From Alphaproteobacteria bacterium (GTDB lineage Bacteria; Pseudomonadota; Alphaproteobacteria; GCA-2746255), in the NCBI GenBank assembly GCA_965249135.1, contig OZ252220.1:1990056-2054055 (forward strand): a stretch of DNA of 64,000 nt, written 5' to 3'. A model generated the notes under the pieces. That model ran no database searches. It saw nothing but the letters and a program-made list of their open reading frames with translations, and was not told where the DNA came from. A program made the position numbers and the translations under genes. Shown in pieces: positions 35,757 through 46,237 of the stretch (positions are counted from its first letter, which is position 1; each line of letters opens with the position of its first letter).

Positions 35757-37523
35757 TTAAGCTGTTTTGTGTGATGGAATGCGTTTGAATGCCCACTTCA
35801 CTTGGATGGGGCTTCCTTCCAGCGGGCCGCTGACAACAATTTGTTCGCTGCGATACATTTTACGCCAATCGCCAAGGTAAGCGCTTTTTTCAAGGTGGAT
35901 CACACCACCAATGGCTTGAAATTTCCAGCCACCGCCTTTTGGAAGACGAAGCAAGGCGGTAAAACCATCACGTGCCAATGAGATAGAAATATTTGGGTGC
36001 AGATGAAAACGAATATCGAATCGAGACTCACCGAGTCCATCGATGTGGTCTTCGCCACGCAAGTCCTCTCCATCTGCTGAAAGATAAAGCCGTCGTCGGT
36101 GCACAAGACCGAACGGCCCGCGATAGCCATCGTGGCTTCCCTCGACCCAAACGTTGCCGTCTTTCTCATCGCGGCGGCAGGTTACCTTGCGAGGTCGTCG
36201 TCCTATACTTCCATCCGAAAGAATCTCTGACGAATTCGTATCCTCGATCGTAACGGTCGAATGGGCTGCGGTTGAACGGATAGCCTCACGCCACTCATTC
36301 TTGTTTCCTGCGTAGGCGCCACTATTTACGACTAGGCGTTCCTTGCCGCTGCTCATTTCGAAAGAAAGGGTTCCGGCATGGGGTTGTTGAATGCCAGGTG
36401 CAGCGGGTTCGGGTACGCCGGTGTCAAAAAGAACAAGTGCGCGGCCAGCCACCAGTCGCTCGAAGCCTGTATAGGGAGCGCTTTCCGGTGGATTGCCACT
36501 CGCATCTGCTCGTCCTAGCACCATGTCGATCAACCAGCTTTCTTCCTCATGCGCACCATTGAAAAGAGCAAGCCCTCCATCACCATGTCGGAAGAAACGA
36601 AGCATGGCTCCCATACGATCCGTCGTCGATTGCAGCACTCCAGGCACTTCGCGATGGGTAGACAAAAGAAGCGCTCGGATCTCCGCAAGATCACGAAGAA
36701 CGACAAGCTGAACGGAAGGACTCCGAAGGATGTGTCCGCCGTCGCTATAGATCTGTCGGGATATTTCCTTCTCCAGCAGTCGGAGACCGCTTTCAAGGTA
36801 CGGCTCATGCTTTGCAAAGACGGCGCCGACATAAATCAGGCCTTTGGCAACGGCGATTCGGGCCGGGCCATGAAGATGGCCGGGAGCTGCGCGATAAAGG
36901 TGCCGCGCCTGGCGTGCAAGAGAGGCTAGAAAAGTGATGCGGAAACTGTCTTCTGCACCGGCACATAGAAATTCACCATGACTGGCCCAGGAAGAAAGGC
37001 GCGAGCCAAGCACATCGGCGCGCCAACCGATTGGATGCCAAAAATGATTGGCTTCGATCCAGTCAAGGATAAGCTTACGTCCCTGACGGCGTGCCGCATC
37101 CGACCCGATCGAGCGAAGGTCACGCAACCAGGCAAAACCATGCAGCTCGGCAAGCCAGTTTGGGTCTACCCCAGGCGCCCCCCAAAACCGCGCCTCGTGG
37201 CGGATGGTCGTACCCTGGAAGGCGAAGGTGTTGTTGAGGATGGCCTCGCCGCGCTCGTAATTGCCTGGCCATGGATCCGAGGGGATGACTTCAAGGCGCC
37301 TTGGCGCCTTTCCGATCAGGAAGAGCGAGTAGAGTGGGTTTCCACAGAAAACGCTTTCGAAACCGCTCTTAAGTTTCCGAAGGTAACGCTGCAGCCAAAT
37401 GCTGAAAGCCGACGTTCCTGAACCCGTGTGGGCATAGAGTTCAGACGGTTGGACCGCACTTCCTTTAAGCCCGTCTAGAGGTGACATCAAACCCATTCCG
37501 GAGGTGCTGGATATTTTCGGCAT
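35757..37523 (-). CDS. heparinase II/III-family protein (polysaccharide-modifying/lyase-like)
   Basis: Heparinase II/III-like sequence, recalled from memory. Confidence 0.65.
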   Translation of the reverse strand: MPKISSTSGMGLMSPLDGLKGSAVQPSELYAHTGSGTSAFSIWLQRYLRKLKSGFESVFCGNPLYSLFLIGKAPRRLEVIPSDPWPGNYERGEAILNNTFAFQGTTIRHEARFWGAPGVDPNWLAELHGFAWLRDLRSIGSDAARRQGRKLILDWIEANHFWHPIGWRADVLGSRLSSWASHGEFLCAGAEDSFRITFLASLARQARHLYRAAPGHLHGPARIAVAKGLIYVGAVFAKHEPYLESGLRLLEKEISRQIYSDGGHILRSPSVQLVVLRDLAEIRALLLSTHREVPGVLQSTTDRMGAMLRFFRHGDGGLALFNGAHEEESWLIDMVLGRADASGNPPESAPYTGFERLVAGRALVLFDTGVPEPAAPGIQQPHAGTLSFEMSSGKERLVVNSGAYAGNKNEWREAIRSTAAHSTVTIEDTNSSEILSDGSIGRRPRKVTCRRDEKDGNVWVEGSHDGYRGPFGLVHRRRLYLSADGEDLRGEDHIDGLGESRFDIRFHLHPNISISLARDGFTALLRLPKGGGWKFQAIGGVIHLEKSAYLGDWRKMYRSEQIVVSGPLEGSPIQVKWAFKRIPSHKTA

Positions 37524-38151
37524 AGCGGTTTGGACCGCCTTTAAATGTGGCGGTTCCGGCCACTAGCACATCGGCCCCCGCCGCGACGGCTTCAGCTGCG
37601 GTTTTTACATTAATGCCGCCATCGACCTCGAGGTCGATGGCCCGGCCATTCGCGTCGATTCGTTCTCGCAATGCGCGAATTTTTTCCAGTTGCGACCGAA
37701 GGAAGGCCTGTCCCCCAAAGCCCGGGTTGACGGTCATGACGAGCACCAGTTCGATGTCGTGGAAGACGTTTTCCACGGCCTCCAATGGCGTTCCCGGATT
37801 TAACGAGACCCCGGCTTTCTTGCCGGCTGACTTGATGAGTTGAACCGTGCGGTGGAGATGCGGCCCCGCCTCGGGATGAACGGTGATGATGTCGGCTCCG
37901 GCTTCTGCAAACTGTGCGACGTAAGGATCGACCGGACTAATCATCAAGTGGACATCAAAGGGCAGATCCGTATATGGCCGGAGTGCCGCCACGACCGAGG
38001 GCCCGATGGTGAGATTCGGGACGAAGTGGCCGTCCATGATGTCAATGTGGATGTAATCCGCGCCTGCTGCGCTGATCGCCTGGATCTCCTCGCCTAATTT
38101 TGCGAAATCGGCGGAGAGGATGGAGGGGGCAATCCGCGTAGGCTGCTGCAT
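37465..38151 (-). CDS. rpe: ribulose-phosphate 3-epimerase
   Basis: PSILSADF..., [12 protein letters not shown] and [11 protein letters not shown] motifs. Confidence 0.92.
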   Translation of the reverse strand: MQQPTRIAPSILSADFAKLGEEIQAISAAGADYIHIDIMDGHFVPNLTIGPSVVAALRPYTDLPFDVHLMISPVDPYVAQFAEAGADIITVHPEAGPHLHRTVQLIKSAGKKAGVSLNPGTPLEAVENVFHDIELVLVMTVNPGFGGQAFLRSQLEKIRALRERIDANGRAIDLEVDGGINVKTAAEAVAAGADVLVAGTATFKGGPNRYAENIQHLRNGFDVTSRRA

Positions 38152-38227
38152 GGCGCTTTCCTAACAGCTTCCCGGGTGGCTCGCAAGACGAAGCAGGAAA
38201 GGGGGAATGGCAATGGACTCAGAGGGT

Positions 38228-39520
38228 TCAGCGCAGTTTTCGAAGGCGGGCCGCGTAGAAGCCGTCCATGCCGCCGAGCGTATCGAGATGCGAGGGTAGC
38301 GTGCGAAGATCGCCTACCGGGGTGAGCAATTCACCGATCCCGCCGACCTCATCCGGCTCGATCGGCAAACGCACCAGTGGCGCGCCTTTTGCCAGCAGCG
38401 CTTCGATCCGTTTTTCCGCCTCCTCCGGCTGCAGCGAGCACACCGCATAAACGAGGATTCCATCGTCTGCCATCATCGCAACGGCGGACTGAAGCAACGC
38501 ATCCTGTATGACCGCCAGCTTCTTGATGTCGTCCGGCGTCTTCTGCCAGGCAATGTCCGGATGGCGCCGTATCGTGCCAGTCGCACTGCAGGGGGCATCC
38601 AGAAGGACGAAGGAGGCGGGTTGCTCCGGTTTCCAATCGGTGGCATCCGCCTCGATGGTTTGTGCGTCCAGATGAAGGCGGGCAAGATTCTCGTGAAGAA
38701 GCCCCAAACGCGAAGGCGAGCGATCGATGGCGATTACACGCGCCCCATGATCGGCAAGTTGGGCTGCCTTTCCCCCAGGGGCGGCGCAAAGGTCCAGAAC
38801 GAAGGCATCCTCCACATTGCCGAAAAGCTTCGCCGGAATGGCGGCGGCTGCATCCTGCACCCACCAGATACCTTCCCCATAGCCGGGAAGCGCATCGATG
38901 GACCCATGTGTGTGCAATCGAAAGCTTCCTGTAGGAAGCAGCGTTGCATCGAGTTTTGCGGCGAAATTTTCCATGCCCTGTCGAAAGGTAAAATCCAAAG
39001 GTGCTTTCCGAAGATGGGCGAGGGCAATCTCTCGGCAAATTTCCCCTCCATAGGCATGCTGCCACGATTCCCAAAGCCAGGCCGGTGTATTGAGGTGCGC
39101 CGCATCGTACGATCGAAGCAGTTTCGTTCCCTCTTGCGACAGACGGCGAAGAACCGCATTCACAAGCCCCTTGTAGAAGGCGAACGGAGTGGCGTGAAGA
39201 AGCTCGACGCTGCTGTCGACAGCGGCATGCGGAGGGGTTTTGAGGAAGCAAAGCTGTGCGATTCCTATACGCAACACATCCCGCACGATGGCGGCTTTTC
39301 GTGGGAGCGGCTTTTCGAGGACGTGATCGATGAGGGCGTCGATCTCGCCAAGATGGCGAAGGGTGGTGGCGACGAGATTGTAAACGAAGGCGCGATCGCG
39401 CGGATCGAAACTGGCGATTCCGGGGTCCTCCGCGAAGGCTTCCTCGAAAGGCGCCTTCCGGCCAAGCACGGCGGCAAGAAGGTCGAGAATGGAACGACGC
39501 GGGTTTCGAAAACGGTTCAT
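38228..39520 (-). CDS. rsmB: 16S rRNA (cytosine-C5)-methyltransferase RsmB/Sun family
   Basis: NusB-like N-terminus plus SAM MTase domain (DLCAAPGGK, PCSATG). Confidence 0.85.
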   Translation of the reverse strand: MNRFRNPRRSILDLLAAVLGRKAPFEEAFAEDPGIASFDPRDRAFVYNLVATTLRHLGEIDALIDHVLEKPLPRKAAIVRDVLRIGIAQLCFLKTPPHAAVDSSVELLHATPFAFYKGLVNAVLRRLSQEGTKLLRSYDAAHLNTPAWLWESWQHAYGGEICREIALAHLRKAPLDFTFRQGMENFAAKLDATLLPTGSFRLHTHGSIDALPGYGEGIWWVQDAAAAIPAKLFGNVEDAFVLDLCAAPGGKAAQLADHGARVIAIDRSPSRLGLLHENLARLHLDAQTIEADATDWKPEQPASFVLLDAPCSATGTIRRHPDIAWQKTPDDIKKLAVIQDALLQSAVAMMADDGILVYAVCSLQPEEAEKRIEALLAKGAPLVRLPIEPDEVGGIGELLTPVGDLRTLPSHLDTLGGMDGFYAARLRKLR

Positions 39521-39574
39521 GAGCCAAACCGACGATGCTAAGCTTCGGGTCCTAATCTCTCTCAGAGGTTTTCG

Positions 39575-39775
39575 ATGGCTGCAAGCTCCGATAAGCCAAC
39601 ACCATCCGCCGTACCTTCCGCGAGAAGGGTGGAAGGGAAGAAGAAGCGAAAACGAAAAAAAGGCAGCCCGCCGGGTCCGACGAAGGCGGCTCCTGCCGAA
39701 ATCGGCGGGCCGAAAGGGCCGGAGCCGACCCGCTATGGCGATTGGGAGCGAAAGGGCCGTTGCTCGGATTTCTAG
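39575..39775 (+). CDS. DUF1674-domain protein (SDH assembly factor 4-like)
   Basis: C-terminal EIGGPKGPEPTRYGDWERKGRCSDF signature. Confidence 0.75.
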   Translation: MAASSDKPTPSAVPSARRVEGKKKRKRKKGSPPGPTKAAPAEIGGPKGPEPTRYGDWERKGRCSDF

Positions 39776-40062
39776 GCGCCGGAAAATTAGGCCTTAATTC
39801 CCAATTATATACTTTAAAAATACACCATATCTTGTTAAAAAATGGATATCTAGTAAAGGCACGGCGTCAGCATCCTCTCTCTGGTAGAGAGAACTTGCCA
39901 AAGACGGCCGTTTCTGGAATCGATGCAAGGTTGAATGCTAGGAAAAAGGCCGGGGCTTGTAATCCCGGCCTCTATAGGCGTCCCCGCTGCAATTTATCGG
40001 AACCGCCGCGGGGCATTGGATTTCTGTAGTAGGGCTTATCTAGCCTCAAGCGCTTCCTTCGT

Positions 40063-40138
40063 CAAGGCGGTTCTCTTACGAGAAGGAGAACCGCTATGAA
40101 CAAGGCGGTTCTCTTACGAGAAGGAGAACCGCTATGAA
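40063..40138 (+). repeat. perfect 38-bp tandem duplication (caaggcggttctcttacgagaaggagaaccgctatgaa x2); each copy carries an SD-containing hairpin and an ATG
   Basis: Read directly: 40063-40100 equals 40101-40138. Hairpin cggttctc / gagaaccg encloses or abuts AAGGAGA. Confidence 0.9.
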
Positions 40139-40367
40139 AAAGCGGAAAATCGTTGATGCAAGGGCGGACAAAGAGGGTGACATCACCCATGTCCGTTTCG
40201 AAGATAACTCTCGATTTACCTCTGTCGAGCAGGCCATTCCGATGGCCGATCGCGGGGAAATCAAAGACACCCATGTTGTCAGACGCCAAAATGCGAAGAC
40301 GCACTTGCGGACGGACCGCGATGGCAGGAAAAGCAACAACCTCGATTACATGGCTGGCGGCGGCTAA
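40134..40367 (+). CDS. DUF3892-family small protein
   Basis: 77 aa; DITHVRF...SVEQAI...TH(L)RT.RDG...NNLD pattern recalled as DUF3892; SD in the duplicated leader. Confidence 0.55.
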   Translation: MKKRKIVDARADKEGDITHVRFEDNSRFTSVEQAIPMADRGEIKDTHVVRRQNAKTHLRTDRDGRKSNNLDYMAGGG

Positions 40368-40527
40368 AGCCAGTAGGTGAAGCGCGGCTTCATAACGCGT
40401 TCATTCCTGTAATCGTCGAGATTCCGATACAGGTTGGCCGTTATGGAGCCGTCTTCATCGTCCCGGTTCATCGTCCCGGAATATTTCGCTCGCGATATAA
40501 ATTTTATCGTCCAAGACGACGAGATAA

Positions 40528-40698
40528 TCATAGTTTCTCAGCATCATCGCGGTGCTTCGTTTGCGGTTTGGCTTTTGGTTTACGTGGACGCGGGGGCGTG
40601 TTCAACATGCGACGAATGACTGCTTTTTCAATAGGACGCTGGCGGATGCTCTTATCGGTCACGACTTTGTTTTTATTACCTTTTTTTGTATCAGTCAT
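40528..40698 (-). CDS. small basic hypothetical protein (56 aa, K/R/P-rich)
   Basis: Unlisted ORF MTDTKKGNKNKVVTDKSIRQRPIEKAVIRRMLNTPPRPRKPKAKPQTKHRDDAEKL with an AAGG-type RBS. No recognisable family. Confidence 0.25.
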   Translation of the reverse strand: MTDTKKGNKNKVVTDKSIRQRPIEKAVIRRMLNTPPRPRKPKAKPQTKHRDDAEKL

Positions 40699-40748
40699 CG
40701 TAGCTACCTTGGGCTGGTAAAAAATAAACGGCTGCTTTTAAAGAGGGG

Positions 40749-41210
40749 GTGAACAATACCGTGCAGCAAACCATTTCGCGGGATAAATGGGAGGTCGCTT
40801 TTCTCGAATCGGCAAAAGACACCCTGTTATGGGCGGCTGATTATTGTGCTTGGGCCATACAAAGGAAGTGGGAGACTGGCGATACTCGCTCCTTTGATTT
40901 GATTGCCGATAAGGTGGCAGTGGAGGCAGGGTACACGCCATTACTATTAAAGAAAGCGAGACCCGCAATCTTAGCTATCCTTTCGGAGGTGCCCAGGGGC
41001 ACTTTCGCTAAGCAAGGGTCCCGCTTCTGGAACCTACAGAATCACGGCTGGCAAGGAAGGTCAAATCACAATCAACCGCGCCTCAACCAAACCAACCATC
41101 TAGCTTTTTCAAGCACTTGTCGGACGTTTAGCCTGGCAAGCCGAAGCTTCGGCAATTCACCACCCTTGAGACCTCCCATAGGTAAGCCGTTTGCCTTCGA
41201 TGCCTCTTAA
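40749..41210 (+). CDS. hypothetical protein (GTG start after AAGAGGGGG RBS); C-terminal ~20 codons overlap the transposase 3' end
   Basis: ORF with a strong RBS; no recognisable family. Confidence 0.35.
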   Translation: MNNTVQQTISRDKWEVAFLESAKDTLLWAADYCAWAIQRKWETGDTRSFDLIADKVAVEAGYTPLLLKKARPAILAILSEVPRGTFAKQGSRFWNLQNHGWQGRSNHNQPRLNQTNHLAFSSTCRTFSLASRSFGNSPPLRPPIGKPFAFDAS

Positions 41211-42081
41211 GGCCATATCCGCACGGGTGGCATCCTCAATCTTGCGGGTGTTGTAGCGGAAATCGAACTCCGCCAGGTACCGATGAAGGTGTTTCTCTTG
41301 GCAGTGCTGGTAAACGCCCCTCATGCCCCGTTTAAATACGCTGAAATAGGTTTCCACGGCATTCGTGGACTCACCCGAAGGGCCGACATACTGACCCCTA
41401 GCGTGAACGACCGTCCTGTGGGCTGCGAACTCCTTGCCAAGTTTCGTATAGATGCGGCTTTCGTCCGTATGCAATTCCGACTTGCGGGAGATGTGACGGA
41501 CGAGAATTTCACGCACCGTCCGGGCATTGGCCGTTTTAACATTGAAGGAGCGAACACTACCGCCGGGCTCTACTAGGGTCACGACCGAGCGCTTTTTGGA
41601 CAGGCCCTTTTTCTCCGGCCATTTCTTGCCGCGCACTACATCCTTGGAGCCGAAGTAGGTTTCGTCCACCTGGATGGCCTTGCCGGGGCCGCCCATAGGC
41701 GAGGAATTGTCCCCTCGCATGGGCCTCGCGGATGCGGTGGGCCATGAACCACGCCGTCTTGTAGGTAATGCCAAGCATCCTGTGTAGTTGGTGGGCGCTC
41801 ATGCCCTTCTTGGAGGCGCAAATAAGGTGGTTCGCCGCCAACCATTTATGCAGGGGGACGTGGGAGCGCTCGAAAAGGGTGCCTACCGTCACGGAGAACT
41901 GCTTTCTGCAAGCGCCGCAATGCCATAGGCCGGGGCGGGCTGCCTTGCCGCGAATTCGCGTCGAGCGGCCTTTCTTGCCACAATGAGGGCAAGTAGGAAT
42001 TTTGTCCGGCCAGCGGGCCGATTCCAGCCATTTCCGGGCTGTTTTCTCGTCGTGAAACCGCTTTTCACCAAGGCTTACCAT
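41157..42081 (-). pseudogene. IS1595-family transposase, frameshifted (ORF pieces 41557..42081 and 41157..41774; shift at C4/G4 run 41711-41714)
   Basis: N-terminal zinc-ribbon (CPHCG...CGACRK) and ...YKTAWFMAHRIREAHARG in one frame; ...KAIQVDETYFG... DDE domain in the other. Confidence 0.75.
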
Positions 42082-42323
42082 CTTCTTAGCTCCTTCATAT
42101 CCTTACATAAAGGAGCATATCGGAATCAGAGTGTATGTGTCAAGTATATAATTAGGCCTTAATTCCTTAATTAAGATTATTAACCTAAAAATTCTTGCTT
42201 TGTTCCAGGATCCGTTCCACACTTTCGACGGATTTCAGCCGGGCGAGGGCAATTTTCATACGCCCGTATTCAGGCAGGCCGGGCCTGCCGTGGAATAATC
42301 CGGCACATGCAATGGTAAGAAGG

Positions 42324-42806
42324 GTAAGGAGGATGATCGGTTCCTTCCGGCCTTTTACACTCTTCTTCGGTCTCGTTCTTGGCTTCTGGGCTTCGGCTGC
42401 AGATGCAGTGGAAGCGTTGCCGGGGCCGGCGCCGGCGCGAGTGCTGCGCGTCGTCGATGGCGACACACTGGTTGTGCGGGCCAGGGTTTGGCCGGGCCAT
42501 CAGGTGGAAACGCTCGTCCGCCTTAAGGGCATCGACGCACCGGAACTGAAGGCAGGCTGCGAGAGAGAACGTGCCCTTGCTCACCAGGCGCGTAGCTTTC
42601 TGGAACAACATGCCGCCGAAGGGCCCGTCTGGCTCTCGGATATCCGTTTCGGGAAATATGCCGGTCGGGTCCTCGCGCGCGTAACGGTCGATTCCGGGGC
42701 GGATCTAAGCATGCAGCTGTTGGCGGTCGGCCTCGCACGCGTCTATGCAGGGGGCGCGCGCCTTTCCTGGTGCGGCGAAACGCATTCGGAGCACACGACG
42801 CCTTAA
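42324..42806 (+). CDS. thermonuclease (SNase)-family secreted nuclease (start at [12 protein letters not shown] signal peptide)
   Basis: SNase motifs VVDGDTL...RL.GIDAPE. Confidence 0.75.
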   Translation, partial: VRRMIGSFRPFTLFFGLVLGFWASAADAVEALPGPAPARVLRVVDGDTLVVRARVWPGHQVETLVRLKGIDAPELKAGCERERALAHQARSFLEQHAAEGPVWLSDIRFGKYAGRVLARVTVDSGADLSMQLLAVGLARVYAGGARLSWCGETHSEHTTP

Positions 42807-44740
42807 CGATTCATTCGGTGCTCGACCAGTTCGTTCACGACGCTTGGGTCCGCCAGAGTCGAGGTGTCACCAAGGTTTTCGTATTCATTTTCGGCAATCT
42901 TGCGAAGGATTCGCCGCATGATTTTGCCGGATCGCGTCTTTGGTAGTCCCGGCGCCCATTGGAGAAAATCCGGAACGGCGATCGGTCCGATTTCCTTTCG
43001 GACCCATTGGACGAGCTCTTTGCGCAGCGAATCGCTTGGCTCCTCGTGTGCCATCAGGGTGACGTAAGCATAGATGCCTTGACCCTTGATCTTATGGGGG
43101 TAACCGACGACGGCCGCTTCCGATACCTTCGGATGCGCGACCAATGCGCTTTCAACCTCGGCCGTGCCCATCCGATGACCAGAAACGTTGATCACGTCGT
43201 CGATTCGACCGCTGATCCAGTAGTAGCCGTCTTCATCCCGGCGGCAGCCGTCGCCGGTGAAGTAGTGGCCTGGATAGGTCGAGAAATAGGTCTGCACGAA
43301 CCGCTCATGGTCGCCATAGAGGGTCCGCATCTGGCCGGGCCAGGAATTGGCGATGCAGAGGGCGCCTTCGCAAACGCCTTCCTGGGGATTTCCCTTTTCG
43401 TCGACGATCTCCGGCTTCACACCGAAGAAGGGCCGGGCGGCGGATCCCGGTTTTAATTGGGTGGCCCCCGGCAGGGGTGTGATCAATATACCGCCCGTCT
43501 CCGTCTGCCACCAGGTGTCCACGATTGGCGAACGCTTATCGCCGACGACACGGTAGTACCAAAGCCATGCCTCCGGGTTGATGGGCTCCCCAACCGTGCC
43601 AAGAAGGCGAAGCGACTTTCGGCTCGTTTGCTTTACCGGGCCATCCCCCTCATGCATGAGGGCCCGGATCGCCGTCGGCGCGGTGTAGAAGATATTGACC
43701 TGGTGCTTGTCTACAACCTGCCAAAAGCGGGAATAGTCCGGATAATTCGGCACGCCTTCGAATATCAGTGTCGTCGCGCCGTTCGCCAGCGGGCCATAGA
43801 TGATGTAGCTGTGTCCGGTTACCCAACCGACGTCCGCCGTGCACCAGTAGGTATCGCCATCGTGATAGTCGAAGACATACTTATGCGTCATCGCGGTGTA
43901 GACGAGATAGCCACCACTCGTATGCAAAACCCCCTTTGGCTTTCCCGTTGAGCCCGATGTGTAAAGGATAAAAAGCGGATCCTCCGCCGCCATTTCCTCC
44001 AGAGGACAATCGGGAGAGGCGGCTTCCAGTGCTTCCTCGTACCAGACGTCGCGCCCTTCCACCCAGTTTACGTCGCCACTGGTCCGCCGGACCACGATAA
44101 CGGTATGGACGTTCGGGTAGGTTTCGAGTGCTTGGTCCGTATTCGCCTTAAGTGGAACCGTTTTCCCGCCGCGGATTCCTTCATCTGCGGTAATGACCAC
44201 CGTGCTATCGCAATCCTCAATTCGGCCATGCAACGAAGTCGGTGAGAACCCGCCAAAGACGACGGAGTGAATCGCTCCGATCCGCGCGCAGGCGAGCATG
44301 GCGTAGGCCGCCTCTGGGATCATCGGCATGTAGATGGTGACTCGATCGCCCTTCTTTGTGCCCCGGTCTTTCAATACATTCGCAAAACGTGAAACCTGCT
44401 CGTGAAGCTCACGGTAGGTAATTTTCTTGTCATCCTTTGGGTCATCCCCTTCCCAGATAATGGCCGTCTGGTCTGCGCGTTCGGGAAGATGGCGATCGAT
44501 GCAGTTTGCACAGACATTCAGTGTCCCGTCATAGAACCAGCGGATGTGAACGTCACCCTTGAAAGAAGCGTCTTTTACTTTCGTGTATGGCGTGATCCAG
44601 TCGAGGCGCTTGCCCTGCTCGCCCCAGAATCCTTCCGGGTCCTTTATCGAGCGTTCGTACATTTCCTGGTAGGTCGCAGCATCCGCCCAGGCGGCCTTTG
44701 CCACGGCCTCTGGCACCGGAATCACAAGGTGTTCGGACAT
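42803..44740 (-). CDS. acs: acetyl-CoA synthetase (acetate--CoA ligase)
   Basis: 645 aa; canonical Acs sequence along the whole length ([12 protein letters not shown], ...[11 protein letters not shown]). Confidence 0.95.
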   Translation of the reverse strand: MSEHLVIPVPEAVAKAAWADAATYQEMYERSIKDPEGFWGEQGKRLDWITPYTKVKDASFKGDVHIRWFYDGTLNVCANCIDRHLPERADQTAIIWEGDDPKDDKKITYRELHEQVSRFANVLKDRGTKKGDRVTIYMPMIPEAAYAMLACARIGAIHSVVFGGFSPTSLHGRIEDCDSTVVITADEGIRGGKTVPLKANTDQALETYPNVHTVIVVRRTSGDVNWVEGRDVWYEEALEAASPDCPLEEMAAEDPLFILYTSGSTGKPKGVLHTSGGYLVYTAMTHKYVFDYHDGDTYWCTADVGWVTGHSYIIYGPLANGATTLIFEGVPNYPDYSRFWQVVDKHQVNIFYTAPTAIRALMHEGDGPVKQTSRKSLRLLGTVGEPINPEAWLWYYRVVGDKRSPIVDTWWQTETGGILITPLPGATQLKPGSAARPFFGVKPEIVDEKGNPQEGVCEGALCIANSWPGQMRTLYGDHERFVQTYFSTYPGHYFTGDGCRRDEDGYYWISGRIDDVINVSGHRMGTAEVESALVAHPKVSEAAVVGYPHKIKGQGIYAYVTLMAHEEPSDSLRKELVQWVRKEIGPIAVPDFLQWAPGLPKTRSGKIMRRILRKIAENEYENLGDTSTLADPSVVNELVEHRMNR

Positions 44741-44859
44741 CTTATGGGCTTCCTTCCCTGATTTAGGCTTTTCGTTTCCAAATAGTTTAGGGGATCAACG
44801 GTTGAAGGCAAAGCCGTCCCGTGACCGGGCGCCGGGTTCAGATTTAAGAAGCCAGTAGT

Positions 44860-45162
44860 TCATCGGATTCGGATGTTGTTTTCCTTAGGCAACACAATTT
44901 TATAGGGCTGAATCGTGACCGTTTGAAAAATCCCATCCTTCTTATAGGGGTCACCTTCCGCGAAGGCCTCAGCTTCCGCCAGACTTTTAAACTCGACGAC
45001 AAGAAGGCTTCCAGTGGGCTTGCCGTTTTCTTTCGAAAGCGTCGGTCCGGCGAGGATAAGATGATCCTTTTGCTCCTCGAGATAAGCAAAGTGACGTTCG
45101 CGGAATTTTGCGCGGTGTTCTAGGCCATCCGGGCCGTCATAGCAATGAATCAAGTAGAACAT
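44860..45162 (-). CDS. YciI-family protein
   Basis: 100 aa; YciI-like fold signature (HCYDGPDGLEHR...HFAYL). Confidence 0.8.
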   Translation of the reverse strand: MFYLIHCYDGPDGLEHRAKFRERHFAYLEEQKDHLILAGPTLSKENGKPTGSLLVVEFKSLAEAEAFAEGDPYKKDGIFQTVTIQPYKIVLPKENNIRIR

Positions 45163-45195
45163 GCCCCGTCTCCTTAGCCGCGCTGTAAGAGAGAT

Positions 45196-46206
45196 TTAAG
45201 CAAATACGACGCCGTCCGGCAGCTCTTCTCCAAAGGGTCGGGCAAGAAGGCCTTTGATCGTCTGATCGATGTCCGCGCCATGATGGAGCACGTCACGAAT
45301 TGCATTGGCGATCGGCATTTCAAGCCCATGACGGTTGGCAAGCTCGGGTATGGCACGCGCCGTAAAGATCCCCTCTGTTACGGACTTGCGGGCGGCCAGT
45401 ATTTCTTCGAGCGTTTTTCCTTCGCCTAACGCGATGCCGAGGGTGAGGTTGCGGGACTGACGGCTACTGCAGGTGAGCGTAAGGTCTCCCAATCCCGAAA
45501 GCCCCATGAAGGTTTTGGCATGGCCCCCGAGCACGACACCCAAGCGTAGGATTTCAGCAAGCCCGCGGGTAATCAATGCTGCTCTGGCATTCTCACCAAG
45601 ACGGCGCCCATCGACGATCCCACAGGCGATCGCCAGCACATTCTTCACGGCGCCACCGATCTGGGTGCCAACGACGTCTTCGGAAAGGTAGGTGCGAAAA
45701 CGAGGACTTCCTAAAATCGCCTGCAATTGCTCGCCAACATGCGTGTCTTCGCAGGCCAAAGTCGCGGCCGTCGGCAAACCACGCGCTACCTCCGCTGCAA
45801 AAGTTGGTCCCGACAGCACGGCAAGGGATGCGTTTGGAAGCGTCGCGCCTATGACTTCGCTCATCAAGGCGCCGCTCTTCTCCTCGATACCTTTCGCGCA
45901 GATAACCACCGGGGTCTCGTTCTTCACGTGGGGGGCAAGTGATTCGGCGGCCTTGCGTAGGTATTGTGCAGGTGTGGTGAGTAAAAGCACGTCCGCTTTC
46001 GCCACTACATCAAAGGCATCGGTCACATGGATTTCAGAGTCGAGCTTGATTCCAGGTAAGTAGACCGCATTTTCGGAAGTCTCTCGAATGACCTCGATGA
46101 CCTCCGGCTCCCGGGCGTATAGAATCGTTTCCTTGCCTTGCCGCCGTACGACTTGTGCAAGGGCCGTTCCCCAGGCACCCGCTCCCACAATCCCGATTCG
46201 CGTCAT
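45196..46206 (-). CDS. gpsA: NAD(P)H-dependent glycerol-3-phosphate dehydrogenase
   Basis: Start at MTRIGIVGAGAWGTALA (Rossmann); the listed ORF extends spuriously to 46308. Confidence 0.9.
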   Translation of the reverse strand: MTRIGIVGAGAWGTALAQVVRRQGKETILYAREPEVIEVIRETSENAVYLPGIKLDSEIHVTDAFDVVAKADVLLLTTPAQYLRKAAESLAPHVKNETPVVICAKGIEEKSGALMSEVIGATLPNASLAVLSGPTFAAEVARGLPTAATLACEDTHVGEQLQAILGSPRFRTYLSEDVVGTQIGGAVKNVLAIACGIVDGRRLGENARAALITRGLAEILRLGVVLGGHAKTFMGLSGLGDLTLTCSSRQSRNLTLGIALGEGKTLEEILAARKSVTEGIFTARAIPELANRHGLEMPIANAIRDVLHHGADIDQTIKGLLARPFGEELPDGVVFA

Positions 46207-46237
46207 GGTATTCACTCTAGCATGGATGCTGGTTGCG

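Larger units (their letters stand above)
39784..42166. mobile_element. IS1595-family insertion element (~2.35 kb) with passenger genes; 17-bp direct repeat aattaggccttaattcc at both ends (39784-39800 and 42150-42166); imperfect ~25-bp terminal inverted repeats (39801-39825, 42129-42153)
   Basis: The left end caattatatactttaaaaatacacc matches the reverse complement of the right end gagtgtatgtgtcaagtatataatt (aattatatactt core identical). AT-rich ends in a 60% GC genome; IS1595-type transposase inside. Confidence 0.65.

Noticed and set aside
38349-39541. 392-aa minus and 326-aa plus ORFs overlapping rsmB
   Set aside because: Alternative-frame and antisense ORFs with Arg/Pro/Gly-rich junk composition. 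rsmB in the 38228-39520 frame carries the methyltransferase motifs.
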